Of a stretch of 43,843 nt of DNA, positions 9,801-17,809 are shown piece after piece. The notes beneath the pieces were generated by a model. It worked only from the letters and a program-made list of their open reading frames with translations. It ran no database searches and had not been told where the DNA came from. Position 1 is the stretch's first letter. Each line of letters opens with the position of its first letter. The DNA is from a virus (taxonomy: Duplodnaviria > Caudoviricetes), in the IMG/VR virus record IMGVR_UViG_3300008255_000200, positions 1 to 43,843 of that record; one strand, written 5' to 3'. The position numbers and the translations under genes were made by a program.

Positions 9801-12756
9801 CGACTTCATCACCGCATGGGATCGTGCCGATCCTGAGAAGGCGATGAAGGCGGCCTTCGCGCCGCTCGGCGGCGAGCACGCGATCGAGCGCTACGGGGTG
9901 TCGTGGTGGGGTAAGCAGCTGGCCATGGCCACGCGCGGCCGCATGATCGACGACCTGCTGCCGCTCGAAACCTACGTGCGTGACGCGATGAAGCACCACG
10001 GGATGAAGTGGGAGGATCTTCCCGCCCACCTCAACCCCGCGGAGGTCGCGCGCAACGCCAAGATGACGTCTCAGGCGCGTTCAGAGGCCTACGTGCTGTA
10101 CGGGGAGCTCGAGACGCCGCGCGGCCTGGTCAAGGGCAAGGGCCTCCGCGAGATCGTCAAGGACGCCGGCAGCCTCACCGACTTCGAGGACCTCCTCGCG
10201 CATCACGTCGGGCAGCACGTCCTCGAGCTCGCCGACAACACCCGCTACCTCGCGAACGAGGCCCGCATCGGGACGCTGCGCACGCGCATTCAGCGCCTTC
10301 GAGCCCTGATCGCACGATCCCCCGCCGGACAGCGTGGCCCGCTCAACGCTCAGCTCCAGGCCTTCGAGCGGGCGTACCAGAGCCTCATCGACGCGCGCAC
10401 GCGCCTCGCCCCGAAGTTCACGCCCATCAACGCGGAGACGGCGCAGCTCGCGGTCGACCAGATCCGCGACCGGTGGCGACGCTCCGGACGGCTCGCCGCC
10501 ATGGACGCGGTCGGGGACGACCTGAAGGAGTTCATCGACCGCCCGTTCCGCCTGCTGCGCGACAACGGGGTCGTGTCTCCGCAGGCGTACCGCGCGATGA
10601 AGGCCGCGTACCCCTGGTACTTCTCGCTCGCGCGCGACACGCGCGCCGAGGCGCAGGTTAGCCGGCTCTTCGGCACCAGCCACGGCCAGTTCCAGCGCGT
10701 CGCATCGCCGATCTACAAGCTCGAGGGCTCGACCGCCGGCAAGCTCAAGCACCCCATCGAAGCGTTGATCCACACCGTCAGCGTGAAGATCGATGCCGCG
10801 AACCGCGCGCGGGTAGCCAAGACGCTCATCGACTTTGCCGAGACGTTCCCCGGGCAGGGCCAGTGGGTGTCGCGCGCGGGGGCAGTGCCCGAACGGCAGT
10901 TGCGCATCGCCGACGACTACCTCAACACGATCCTGAACAGCGGCATGTCGATGACGCTCAACACCCAGGACGACATCCGGACGGCGGTCGCCAACATGGC
11001 GGCGCTCCAGGGGCGCCACAACACCGTCGTCGTGTGGCACAAGGGCAAGCCGGTCGCCTACAACGTGTCCGCGTCGCTGACCGAGGCTCTCGCTGGCATG
11101 GGGCCGCAGCAGAGCAACCTCGCCCTCGACCTCCTGGCGGCGCCGGCACGGCTCGCGCGCGCGGGGGCGACCTCGTGGAACCCCGGGTTCGCGCTCGTGA
11201 CCAACACGCTGCGCGACCTCCAAACCGCCCTCGTGCAGGGTGAGGGGTCCGCCGGCGAGGCCGCCATGCGCCTCGCCCGCACCTTCCGGAACCAGGGCCA
11301 GCTCTACGGCCTCCCGCTCTCCAGGATGCGGATCGGGCTGCACGATGACGTGCTCTCGGCGTTCCGCGCGATGGGTCTCGAGGGGGCCTCGCTCATAGGC
11401 CAGGACGTCTCGAGGACGCCCGCGACGATCGCCCGTCGCCTCGGCGCGCAGAACCGGGCCGAACGGGCGATCAGCGGCTCGACGCGCGGCCGCGGCGTGC
11501 TGACGGCGGTCGGCCTGCGGCGCACCTACGACGCGATGGTGCGCAGCCCGGCGGCACGGCGCGCCTACAACGTCGCCGTCCACCCCGTCGAGGCGTTCCG
11601 CCACGTCCTGAACGCGAGCGAGATGGCGCCGCGCCTCGCGGAGTTCGAGCGCGTGCTGCGGAAGATGGGCTGGCGTCCGGGAGCGCGGATCACCCAGGAG
11701 CAGATGCACGCAGCGGCGCGGGCGGCCGCCGAGATCACCATCGACTTCCGGCGGGCGGGCACCTGGGGGCGGCAGATCAGCCGCTACGTCCCGTTCTTCA
11801 ACGCGAACCTGCAGGGCCTGTCGAAGTTCGCGCGCGCCCACCAGCGCAACCCCATCGGAGCCATGACGCGCGGCGTGGCGTACCTGACGACGCTCGGCCT
11901 GATGGAGTACGCCATCTCCGGCGACAAGCCCTGGTGGAAGGATTCGCTGCCGTGGCAGCGGAACCTCTTCTACCAGTTCGAACTCGAGAACGAGGAGATC
12001 CTGCGCATCCCGATTCCGCACGAGTGGGGCTTCTTCTACGGGAAGCTGCCCCAGTACGTGCTGGACGACGACCCGGACGCGGCGCGCATGGTGCGCGAGG
12101 GCCTGTTCAACTTGCTCCCCGACCTCAAGCCGCCGGCGATTGCGGCCCCTGTTGAGGCGGTGATGAACTACGACTCCTTCCGCGAGATGGACCTCTACCC
12201 CTACTACACGGCACGGACGACGCCCAACGAGCTGCACGTGCGCCCGTGGACGACGACGATCTCGCGGGAGGTCGCCATGGCCACCGCGAAGAGCGATGCC
12301 TGGCGGGCGGCGTTCGGTGAAGCGCTCACGCCGGTCGGGCTCGACCACGTGCTGAACGGCTGGTCCGGCGGCATGTACGGCGACATCGCGCGCGCCCCTG
12401 GCGCCGTGAAGAGGATCTTCAGCGGCGATAAGGGCAAGGGCCTCTACGACCTCCCTGTCGCCGGCCGGCTCTTCCAACGGCCCACCGAGGGCCGTGCGGT
12501 ACGCGAGCTCCGCGACGAGCTCGAGGCGATCCGCAGTGAGCGGAACCGGTGGGTGGCCTACCGCAAGCAGGAAGGCATGGCAGCGAAGCGCGCAAACCAG
12601 CTCTTCGCGCGCACCGAGCGCGGGCGCAAGCTGGCGAGTCTCGAGGCCACGCTCAAGAAAATCAACGCGATCCGCGAGAAGGAGGGCGACGCGGGAGTGC
12701 AGCGCGCAGCCTTAGCGGAGATGGCCGACGAGGCCAGCGCGGCCCTCGGGAAGTAG
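3817..12756 (+). CDS. Giant polyvalent/ejection protein with ParB-like domain, HExxH metallopeptidase-like domain and LPD38-like C-terminus
   Basis: 2979 aa. QSRDLTR...GAPVIW...VLAGNKR (~8170-8345); TAMHEVGH (HEVGH at 9499-9513); IDFRRAG...VPFFNANLQG...LRIPIPHEWG (~11740-12030). Confidence 0.8.
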   Translation: MTSVDDPESEDVFDRANRLLRRRDTRKRASALLERAAARRGERLSGAAWSQSYAASGAAETAVSLAPAAPPSAPRTPRVAPEPPVSEGVYRDALYGADVAATPRYQVGAPRAPRRGQPAVIHPDPRVQAAVMSMVPPGVNPAVYAEAFAPVADLRGQPFDAKIDYDRVERHARDGFIAAPLAGGKWGLYERQADGSVKPVYTADPRHDPETVLGLLRPLFVYQTSTAPKQMAAYEQIEAQQAHEHDVKERAKEARFEQQQTVVEGLGAVQRAEVGAQQLLHGADQVLTTAAQGALRDFPRAALEKMGAGPAEGLEPWKAKAHGTIHGVDVAQASREGAGWWRQQAGHAEAQSLSPQNLEALRAAVADVSTAPAQRAEYSALLEQHQRQAPERDRLGHHEVAPGSTDTTAAPGIGETMAHLLETGRVPEEDAPWWANVLKPFEVGAVPFDLMRELAGGKRITGDWRADILPDLLMLAATPEGLRSISALGRRVKNMDPRAAARAVLADLKSMTATEAQAARHAAERGLFVGEIPNRVDVPARRALPNVRTHKMPQPPGSSPATVPGADEISRPDTAQRVSDLMSQRASSPATSARPTVTSDDAWFESLEGVARGRKDPKGTRTRVIAQAEPEPGYTLRQTRRRTPEDELRTQAARGDREGYADALERVERARSVGGEDVRITTESETPGFQRVEGRKLLNRKVAQIERALAREDLKPASRAKLIEERERLRMRLGHEPGGAREEAELLRRAREIEEEVTPGGVAGRRARERRDLEGAVEGRTDRYALKERLEPYQSPFEDAVEPIAAGGDARLTGKIPRGLDDAIASVSDPTTRDTLRIAARDARAGKLGEAKAGLRRAGRLAFQETGLKDRAALEEFYQLIESRTPAELRRGSPAERLRRTKARLEPTRPAGNREGEWADAKRELDRPEGERAARSAAQRQREVTALKREYAEVMRRIAKLRKQRAVTPAEGARALRRLKREYRAGARAVMEDSLSRNVTGTQAQRGRVQRAVDELMDRIHDPRTTPRDRAAAWAQVRRYQRALDDLGEDPTEGATVTPRAQREAPNLDRARRFDMVLAEIAADEGVPLPRWLSQRRGGDPVAAPEAPAVFRAQDAGPEYATAHPGLRFLHVEEDQPGPYARRGRRVVFEDAQGRRHEVREQEVQRWWEARQRALQAARDRATARRSAATGGAPGDGRRVIELDEPPYQAGPEAPDPQRTNRFRHILDEIHAAEAAPAGAGAPEAPLPPRRLELDATPPPAGTRSPRELAAAADELVEAAARAEERGNHILAARLRQAADRVRAGDADGELDALRRRVAEAEREAAQLRQVEEAERQATPAERRAAAEQRARERQQERGRHPDAPEPEAPPAPPRATRRASMDDTSPPADASRPVAPAEPTPPPAAAQRPPRSVGRDNALVVHDSENRAYPITAARVDIADLWVSSTPGPFQSRDLTRQFETAMISRMGRDFDRTRFARLDTGTPTEGAPVIWRDPVDGRNYVLAGNKRTMAARLAGIEGEVDVRWFRGTREEAVRLAAASQDSGAGTRSPLQRASARAQSLGLEATDAPTNLPAAGVTVDNFRQVLHDNPAFARKLPLTGEAASDFALVREALVGMLPQQVRDVAALAGEAFEDAIAGAAPRLLALRSLREQGRVRAEFDVLHLFERASVILAETGGLSREGSISAFVTELRDLVAMRGGFFGAERRIDSISKLELGFVLGLRQLARRTDPAEATSAAFRAIYDLALAPENIPGQRGLFGPVEVDVIRMVDDAFGERISSQVRRWDGPLGITPDDDLSAFAGGGQYAPKTDAFVTFGEGHSGPLAPPSPRTAAATPKVLYNPEEILRWTLQKLGLWADKRVTKRMYGGKALGLWNRFKRAISLADTQDVPTAMHEVGHGLVSSGWFNAAHPTAAGPPGLNALPRPVQMELGVMSASRWAGGYPPSKWVEEGFVEAFAQWAVYNNHHALVPQWARWWDDWLIANPDKAAVLERTRDFITAWDRADPEKAMKAAFAPLGGEHAIERYGVSWWGKQLAMATRGRMIDDLLPLETYVRDAMKHHGMKWEDLPAHLNPAEVARNAKMTSQARSEAYVLYGELETPRGLVKGKGLREIVKDAGSLTDFEDLLAHHVGQHVLELADNTRYLANEARIGTLRTRIQRLRALIARSPAGQRGPLNAQLQAFERAYQSLIDARTRLAPKFTPINAETAQLAVDQIRDRWRRSGRLAAMDAVGDDLKEFIDRPFRLLRDNGVVSPQAYRAMKAAYPWYFSLARDTRAEAQVSRLFGTSHGQFQRVASPIYKLEGSTAGKLKHPIEALIHTVSVKIDAANRARVAKTLIDFAETFPGQGQWVSRAGAVPERQLRIADDYLNTILNSGMSMTLNTQDDIRTAVANMAALQGRHNTVVVWHKGKPVAYNVSASLTEALAGMGPQQSNLALDLLAAPARLARAGATSWNPGFALVTNTLRDLQTALVQGEGSAGEAAMRLARTFRNQGQLYGLPLSRMRIGLHDDVLSAFRAMGLEGASLIGQDVSRTPATIARRLGAQNRAERAISGSTRGRGVLTAVGLRRTYDAMVRSPAARRAYNVAVHPVEAFRHVLNASEMAPRLAEFERVLRKMGWRPGARITQEQMHAAARAAAEITIDFRRAGTWGRQISRYVPFFNANLQGLSKFARAHQRNPIGAMTRGVAYLTTLGLMEYAISGDKPWWKDSLPWQRNLFYQFELENEEILRIPIPHEWGFFYGKLPQYVLDDDPDAARMVREGLFNLLPDLKPPAIAAPVEAVMNYDSFREMDLYPYYTARTTPNELHVRPWTTTISREVAMATAKSDAWRAAFGEALTPVGLDHVLNGWSGGMYGDIARAPGAVKRIFSGDKGKGLYDLPVAGRLFQRPTEGRAVRELRDELEAIRSERNRWVAYRKQEGMAAKRANQLFARTERGRKLASLEATLKKINAIREKEGDAGVQRAALAEMADEASAALGK

Positions 12757-12927
12757 AGGCTCCGGCGGGCACTGACACGGCGGCCCGTAGCCGTGGCAGC
12801 CCGCGTGCCGGCAATGGCACCGGTCACACGCAGAGAACATGCGGTCACCCGGAAACGCCTGCGTCTCGTGAACGCGGAACACGCTGCCGTCCGCGATCAC
12901 CTCGCGGTAGTGGTCGCTGTCGGTCAC
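12712..12927 (-). CDS. Small Cys/His-rich hypothetical protein
   Basis: AAGGAGG about 5 nt before GTG 12927; contains CDRCHCRHAGCHGYGPPCQC; divergent from the RHH gene. Confidence 0.55.
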   Translation of the reverse strand: MTDSDHYREVIADGSVFRVHETQAFPGDRMFSACDRCHCRHAGCHGYGPPCQCPPEPLLPEGRAGLVGHLR

Positions 12928-12937
12928 GCTGGCCTCC

Positions 12938-12980
12938 TTGCTACAATGTCATGACACCCGTCAGACACTTGTGCTACGAT
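12938..12980 (+). promoter_or_regulatory. Tandem extended -10 promoters with an operator-like palindrome
   Basis: TG-C-TACAAT (12939-12947) and TG-C-TACGAT (12972-12980); perfect palindrome TGTCATGACA (12947-12956); GTCAGACA (12960-12967). Confidence 0.55.
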
Positions 12981-13009
12981 ACCACGCACGCAAGGAGGAC
13001 CCAGACCGG

Positions 13010-13246
13010 ATGAGCCAGAACCTCGCCTTCCGCCTCGCCGACCGGACCGTCGAGGAGATCGACGAACTCCGGCCGCGCGTGGCGCTCCAGATCAACAAGG
13101 ACACCGCCACGCGCGCGGACGTGGTCCGGGAGGCGCTCCGGCTGGGGATAGACGCCCTCCGCGCCACGCTGCCGTCCGGTGACGCGCCCTCGGAAGCCCA
13201 GGCCAAGGCGCGTGCAGCCCTCGCCGAGTACAGGAAGACGTCATGA
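13010..13246 (+). CDS. Ribbon-helix-helix (CopG/Arc-like) DNA-binding protein
   Basis: AAGGAGG RBS; NLAFRL strand, a helix, then TRADVVREALRLGI helix. Confidence 0.7.
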   Translation: MSQNLAFRLADRTVEEIDELRPRVALQINKDTATRADVVREALRLGIDALRATLPSGDAPSEAQAKARAALAEYRKTS

Positions 13247-14283
13247 AGGTCCACCTCCCAGAAGGGGCCCTGCGGAAGTTCCGCGCTCGTGCTCGGCGCA
13301 CCGGGGAGAAGGTGGGCGACCTCGCAGCACGCCTGCTGATCGCGGAGCTGGACGGGACCTCCCCCGCTCCGCCGCCTGAGGCGCGGCTGACCCTCGAGAG
13401 CGCGCTGGTCCGGTATCGGGACCACTTCATCCGCGATGGCGGCTACGAGCTCGCGCTGTCCAGGGGTCGGACCTGGCACAAGAGCGCCGCGTGTCTGTCG
13501 GCCTTCAAGGTGTGGGCGGAGGTGGACCACGACTTCCTCGACCAGGTCACCGACCTCTGGCCTTACCGGGAGAGGCTCTCGGGCCGGTCGCTGACGGGAG
13601 CGTCGCGGAACAAGCACCTCCGCGTCGTGAGCGGCCTCTTCTCGTGGGCGATGGCCGCGGGCCACCACGGAGGGCCGAACCCCGTCGCGGCCCTGCGGGC
13701 CTTCCCGGTCGTCTCGCGGACGCCGGAGGTCCTGGAGCGCGCGCAGGTGGTCGAGGTCCTACGCGAGGCCGGCGACGACGAGGTGTTCCCGCTGGTAGCC
13801 GCGGCTGCCCTTGCGGGGCTGCGGCGGTCGGAGATCGTCCACCTCCGCCCGGAGCACGTGGACCTGGCCCGCAAGGTCATCCGCGTTGTCAGCACCGGCA
13901 GCGGCGACGGCTTCGTCACGAAGGGCCGGCGGGACCGGACCGTCCCTCTCCTCTTCTCGGACCTCCTTGACGTGCTGCGCCCTCTGGTCCAGCGGTACTC
14001 CGACCTCCACGGCGGCTACCTCCTCGAGCACCGGGGCGAGCGGTGGAAGGACACCACCATCACCCGCCACGTCACGGCGCTGTCCGACAGGCTACCGTTC
14101 GATGTCTCGTTGCAGAGCTTGCGGCGGACCTGGGTGACCATCTGTGTGAAGGACCTCGGATACCCCGCTGCCCTCGTCCAGCAGTGGGCGGGGCACCGGT
14201 CCCTCCGGACGACCGCCGACCACTACGTCGGCGACCTCGAGATCAGCCCGGCGGCCGCCCGTCGGATTGGAGACGTAGCGTGA
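13243..14283 (+). CDS. Tyrosine recombinase (integrase/Xer family) with RHH-like N-terminus
   Basis: AGLRRSEI (Arg), TKG (Lys), QSLRRT (HxxR variant), AGH, and TTADHY (catalytic Tyr). Confidence 0.9.
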   Translation: MKVHLPEGALRKFRARARRTGEKVGDLAARLLIAELDGTSPAPPPEARLTLESALVRYRDHFIRDGGYELALSRGRTWHKSAACLSAFKVWAEVDHDFLDQVTDLWPYRERLSGRSLTGASRNKHLRVVSGLFSWAMAAGHHGGPNPVAALRAFPVVSRTPEVLERAQVVEVLREAGDDEVFPLVAAAALAGLRRSEIVHLRPEHVDLARKVIRVVSTGSGDGFVTKGRRDRTVPLLFSDLLDVLRPLVQRYSDLHGGYLLEHRGERWKDTTITRHVTALSDRLPFDVSLQSLRRTWVTICVKDLGYPAALVQQWAGHRSLRTTADHYVGDLEISPAAARRIGDVA

Positions 14284-14945
14284 GCGACCAGATCCGCGTC
14301 CCCGGGCGCGAGGCCCCCGCCATCCAGCCCCAGGCCCTGCGCGACCCCATGGTGCAGATCCCCCAGGCCGAGTACCGGGACCTGCTGAACCGGCGCGCGA
14401 TCACCGACACGGTGACGCAGGCATTGACTAGGAAGACCGCCGAGGTCGAGCAGCTCCGCCGCGCCCTGCGGTCGACCGGGGAGGCGGCGTCGACGATGTC
14501 ATCGGACCGCCTCCGCCTGGAGGCCGCCTTCACTCGCGACCTCGCGCGCCAGGTCGAGCAGATCGCAGACGACAACGAGCGGCTGCGCGAGATGCTGGCG
14601 GTGTGCGTCGAGCGCGTGCGCGTGCTCGAGGACCACAGGCAGCCGTCGATCCCTGCGTGCCCGTGCGGTAGCGCTGCGGAGCGCGTCATCCGTCTGAACA
14701 ACGGAAGCCTCCTTCCGCTCTGCGAGCCCTGCTTCAAGAGCCAAGAGCGCCCGGAGAGCCTGGAATCGTCGCAGCCCCTCGACGAGACGCTCACCTCGCT
14801 CGCGCAAGCGTCGTCAGCTTCTCAGCCCGACGACTCGCGGCAGCGGCTCGAGGACCTCCGCCAGGCTCTCGACGACCTCGGGACCGGGGCGTGCTCCGGA
14901 GTCGAAGCCCTGGCGACCTTCCGCCGCCTCCTGGCGGACGTCTGA
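14280..14945 (+). CDS. Coiled-coil protein with CPC...CEPC zinc-finger-like motif
   Basis: GTGA overlap with the recombinase stop; heptad-rich sequence. Confidence 0.65.
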   Translation: MSDQIRVPGREAPAIQPQALRDPMVQIPQAEYRDLLNRRAITDTVTQALTRKTAEVEQLRRALRSTGEAASTMSSDRLRLEAAFTRDLARQVEQIADDNERLREMLAVCVERVRVLEDHRQPSIPACPCGSAAERVIRLNNGSLLPLCEPCFKSQERPESLESSQPLDETLTSLAQASSASQPDDSRQRLEDLRQALDDLGTGACSGVEALATFRRLLADV

Positions 14946-14959
14946 ACGGAGTGACGCCT

Positions 14960-15934
14960 GTGACCGACCTCACCGTGACCCGGGACGTGCTCGCGGACGA
15001 CTTCGGCATCCGCTCGGAGGTCGAGCTGTTCGCGACCGAGGCCGAGTGGCTGAAGGCCAGGGGGCGGCGACTCACCTCCTCCCGCGGTCCGATCGTCGCC
15101 GGCGTGCGTGGCTCCGCCTACGCCCTCAACCTCGAACTGCGCGGGCGTCTCGAGGTGCGCGAGCCGGAAGGCCTCCATCTCGAGGTCGGCCGCCTCCTCG
15201 AGCCGGTCCTGCTCCAGATGCTCGCGGCCATGGTGCCAGGGCTGCAGCTGTTCGACCCGGGGTACGCGATCTTCTCCGACCCCGAGCGACCGTGGCTCGC
15301 AGCGTCTCTGGACGCCGTCGCGCGTCACCCGGACCTGGAGGGTCCTGGTGCCGTGGAGCTGAAGACCACCGACAGCATCCGCCGATCGGACTGGATCACC
15401 GAGGAGGGGACGTTCCAGATCCCGGCCTATCCGCTGGCCCAGCTCAACCACCACGCCCTCGCCGCCGCCGGCCTCAAGTGGGGGGTCGTTGCCTGCCTCG
15501 TCGGGATCGGCTTCAGCTGCCGCTTCGTCTACAAGGTCCTCCACGTGGACCAGACCTGGCAGCGCGAGGTCTACCTGCCGCAGCTCGAGGCGTTCCAGGG
15601 CGCGCTCGAGCGCGACGAGGACTGGCCGGCGGACGGCTCGGTGGCGACCGGCGAAGCCGTCGCTCGGCTCTGGCCCAAGGAAGTCGCCGGCAAGTCGGTG
15701 GTCCTGCCCGAGTCGGCCTCGGCGCTCGTCGATGCGCTCGAGACCGCCCGAGCGGAGAAGTCGGCCTGGAAGAAGATCGAGAACGAAAACAAGGCGAGGC
15801 TCGCGGCCCTCATGGGAGACGCCGAGGTCGGTCTCGTCGACGGAGAGAGGTACGTTCAGTGGCGAGTCGAGCCCCGCAAAGGTCACGTGGTCAAGGCCAG
15901 CAGCCCCAGGGTCCTCAGGATCAGGCCGCGCTAA
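14960..15934 (+). CDS. YqaJ/lambda-exonuclease family recombination nuclease
   Basis: EWLKARGRRLTSS, GRLLEP, PWLAASLDA, ELKT, YPLAQLNH; directly upstream of RecT. Confidence 0.85.
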   Translation: MTDLTVTRDVLADDFGIRSEVELFATEAEWLKARGRRLTSSRGPIVAGVRGSAYALNLELRGRLEVREPEGLHLEVGRLLEPVLLQMLAAMVPGLQLFDPGYAIFSDPERPWLAASLDAVARHPDLEGPGAVELKTTDSIRRSDWITEEGTFQIPAYPLAQLNHHALAAAGLKWGVVACLVGIGFSCRFVYKVLHVDQTWQREVYLPQLEAFQGALERDEDWPADGSVATGEAVARLWPKEVAGKSVVLPESASALVDALETARAEKSAWKKIENENKARLAALMGDAEVGLVDGERYVQWRVEPRKGHVVKASSPRVLRIRPR

Positions 15935-15957
15935 GCAGCGACACCCCCATCCTCGCG

Positions 15958-16947
15958 ATGAAGAAGTTCCTGTACGGCCTCACGAAGGCGGTACAGGCGG
16001 TCGTCCCGGGGACGTCCCCCGAGGTCGCCACCAACCGCGTCCTCGGGATGATGGCGACCTGGGTACAGCGGCAGCCGGACCTGCTGTTGTGCCTCGACAC
16101 GAAGCTCGGGCAGGAGACGCTCCGCCGAGCCGTCCTCGAGGCCGCCGCCATGGATCTCCCGGTGGACGGCGTGGCCGGCCACGCCTACATCATCCCGTTC
16201 AAGGACCACGGCGTCATGACCGCGGTCCTGGTCATCGGCTACAAGGGCTACCTGCAGCTCCTCTACCGCTCCGGGCAGATCAAGCGCGCGGGCGCCTGGC
16301 CCGTGTTCGAGGGCGAGGCGTTCCGCTACAGCCGCGGCCAGAACCAGGTCCTGCAGCACGAGCCCCAGTCGCACCGCGACCGCCTGTGGGTGCCCGAGAC
16401 CAAGAAGGTCTCCCACGTCTACGGCTACTTCGAGACGATCACGGGGGGCTTCGAGTTCGACGTGTGGACCTGGGGCGAGGTCATGACGATCAAGGACCGC
16501 TCCCGGGGGGCGTCGTCCTCCTTCTCCCCGTGGTCCTCGAAGCACGCCTCCGACGTCCTCTGGATGGCCCGCAAGACGCTCCTCCGCCAGATCGCGAAGC
16601 TCGCACCGATCTCGGTGATCGTCCACCACCTGATCGCACGAGAGGAGCGCTTCGACGACCGCACGCTGAACATGGTTGAGGCGGGGAACGACTTCTTCAC
16701 GTTCGATGGTGGGCGCGGGCAGAGCCACGTCGACTTCCGCGGGCCGGCCCCCGCAGCGCTGCCCCAACCAGCCGTCGAGCGCGAGATCCCCGGCGTCAAC
16801 GCCCCAGCGCCTCGCCGCGAGCGCGCCCCCGTCAGCGACCCCGCCACCGAGCAGCGCCGGCAGGAGGCTATCCGCCGGCTCGATGAGTCCGATCTGCCGA
16901 ACCTGCCGATCGACAGCGACATCACCCCCGAGGAGACCGACTTTTGA
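15958..16947 (+). CDS. recT: RecT-family single-strand annealing protein
   Basis: GHAYIIPF, IGYKGYLQLLYRSG, SPW, WMARKTLLRQIAKLAPIS. Start codon uncertain. Confidence 0.9.
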   Translation: MKKFLYGLTKAVQAVVPGTSPEVATNRVLGMMATWVQRQPDLLLCLDTKLGQETLRRAVLEAAAMDLPVDGVAGHAYIIPFKDHGVMTAVLVIGYKGYLQLLYRSGQIKRAGAWPVFEGEAFRYSRGQNQVLQHEPQSHRDRLWVPETKKVSHVYGYFETITGGFEFDVWTWGEVMTIKDRSRGASSSFSPWSSKHASDVLWMARKTLLRQIAKLAPISVIVHHLIAREERFDDRTLNMVEAGNDFFTFDGGRGQSHVDFRGPAPAALPQPAVEREIPGVNAPAPRRERAPVSDPATEQRRQEAIRRLDESDLPNLPIDSDITPEETDF

Positions 16948-17309
16948 GCACGAACATGAACACGAACATCATGCCCCTGGGCGCCCGCGTCCTCGTGCGC
17001 CGGGCGGCACCCGTCAAGGTGTCGGCGGGGGGGCTCGTGATCCCAGACGCAGCCCAGGAGAAACGTCCGATGCGCGGGGTGGTCGTCGCGCTCGGCGACC
17101 AGGCGTACTTTTCCCGGCGCTGCAATCTGCACGTCGGCGACACGGTGATCTTCTCGGTCTACGCCGGGATCGAGTACACGGGTGTGCTGTTCCTCAACGA
17201 GGAGGAGATCCTCGGGGTCCTGCGGGAGGACCACGAGGAGAAGGAGCCCCTGACGCCGCCGCCCCCGGTGCCCGAGGACGTTATCGACGAAGAGGACATC
17301 CCGTTCTGA
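16944..17309 (+). CDS. groES: GroES/Cpn10 co-chaperonin with acidic C-terminal extension
   Basis: PLGARVLV, SAGGLVIPDAAQEK, GVVVALG, VGDTVIFSVYAG, LNEEEILGVL. Confidence 0.9.
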   Translation: MSTNMNTNIMPLGARVLVRRAAPVKVSAGGLVIPDAAQEKRPMRGVVVALGDQAYFSRRCNLHVGDTVIFSVYAGIEYTGVLFLNEEEILGVLREDHEEKEPLTPPPPVPEDVIDEEDIPF

Positions 17310-17809
17310 TGGATCTCTACTCCGCCTACTTCGAGGTCCCCGGCGCGCCCGCTACCAAGCGGCGGTCGCAGGTCATCATGCTGCCCGACGGCAAGGGTGG
17401 GAAGCGCCCCTCGATCACATCAACGGGCGCCGTCAAGAGCGCCCAGGCTCGCTTCGAGCAGTGGGCGCAACCTCACGCGCCGCCGGCCCCACTCGAGGGG
17501 GCGGTGTCGATCACGATCGTCTTCGAGTTCCCGATTCCGAAGAGCCGGCCGAAGTGGTGGAAGCAGGCAGCGGAGGAGGGCCTCGCGCTGGCGACCGCCA
17601 GGAACTTCGACGTGGACAACCTCACGAAGCTCGCCCTCGACGCCATGACGAAGGTCGGCTTCTGGATCGACGACGGGCAGGTGACGACCTGCAAGGTCCA
17701 GAAGCGGTACGGGGCTGCGCCCAAGACGCGGGTCTGGGTGCGAGGCGACAACAGCGTCACCAACAAGGAGGACGCCGCCCAGATGCGGGCGGCGCGCGAT
17801 GATGGCTAA
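17309..17809 (+). CDS. rusA: RusA-family Holliday junction resolvase
   Basis: FEVPGAPATK, PLEGAVSITIVF, DVDNLTKLALDAM, DDGQV, KRYG. Confidence 0.85.
   Translation: MDLYSAYFEVPGAPATKRRSQVIMLPDGKGGKRPSITSTGAVKSAQARFEQWAQPHAPPAPLEGAVSITIVFEFPIPKSRPKWWKQAAEEGLALATARNFDVDNLTKLALDAMTKVGFWIDDGQVTTCKVQKRYGAAPKTRVWVRGDNSVTNKEDAAQMRAARDDG

Noticed and set aside
12757-13009. attP next to the recombinase
   Set aside because: Occupied by a small gene and promoters; no tRNA-like core or arm-type repeats identified.
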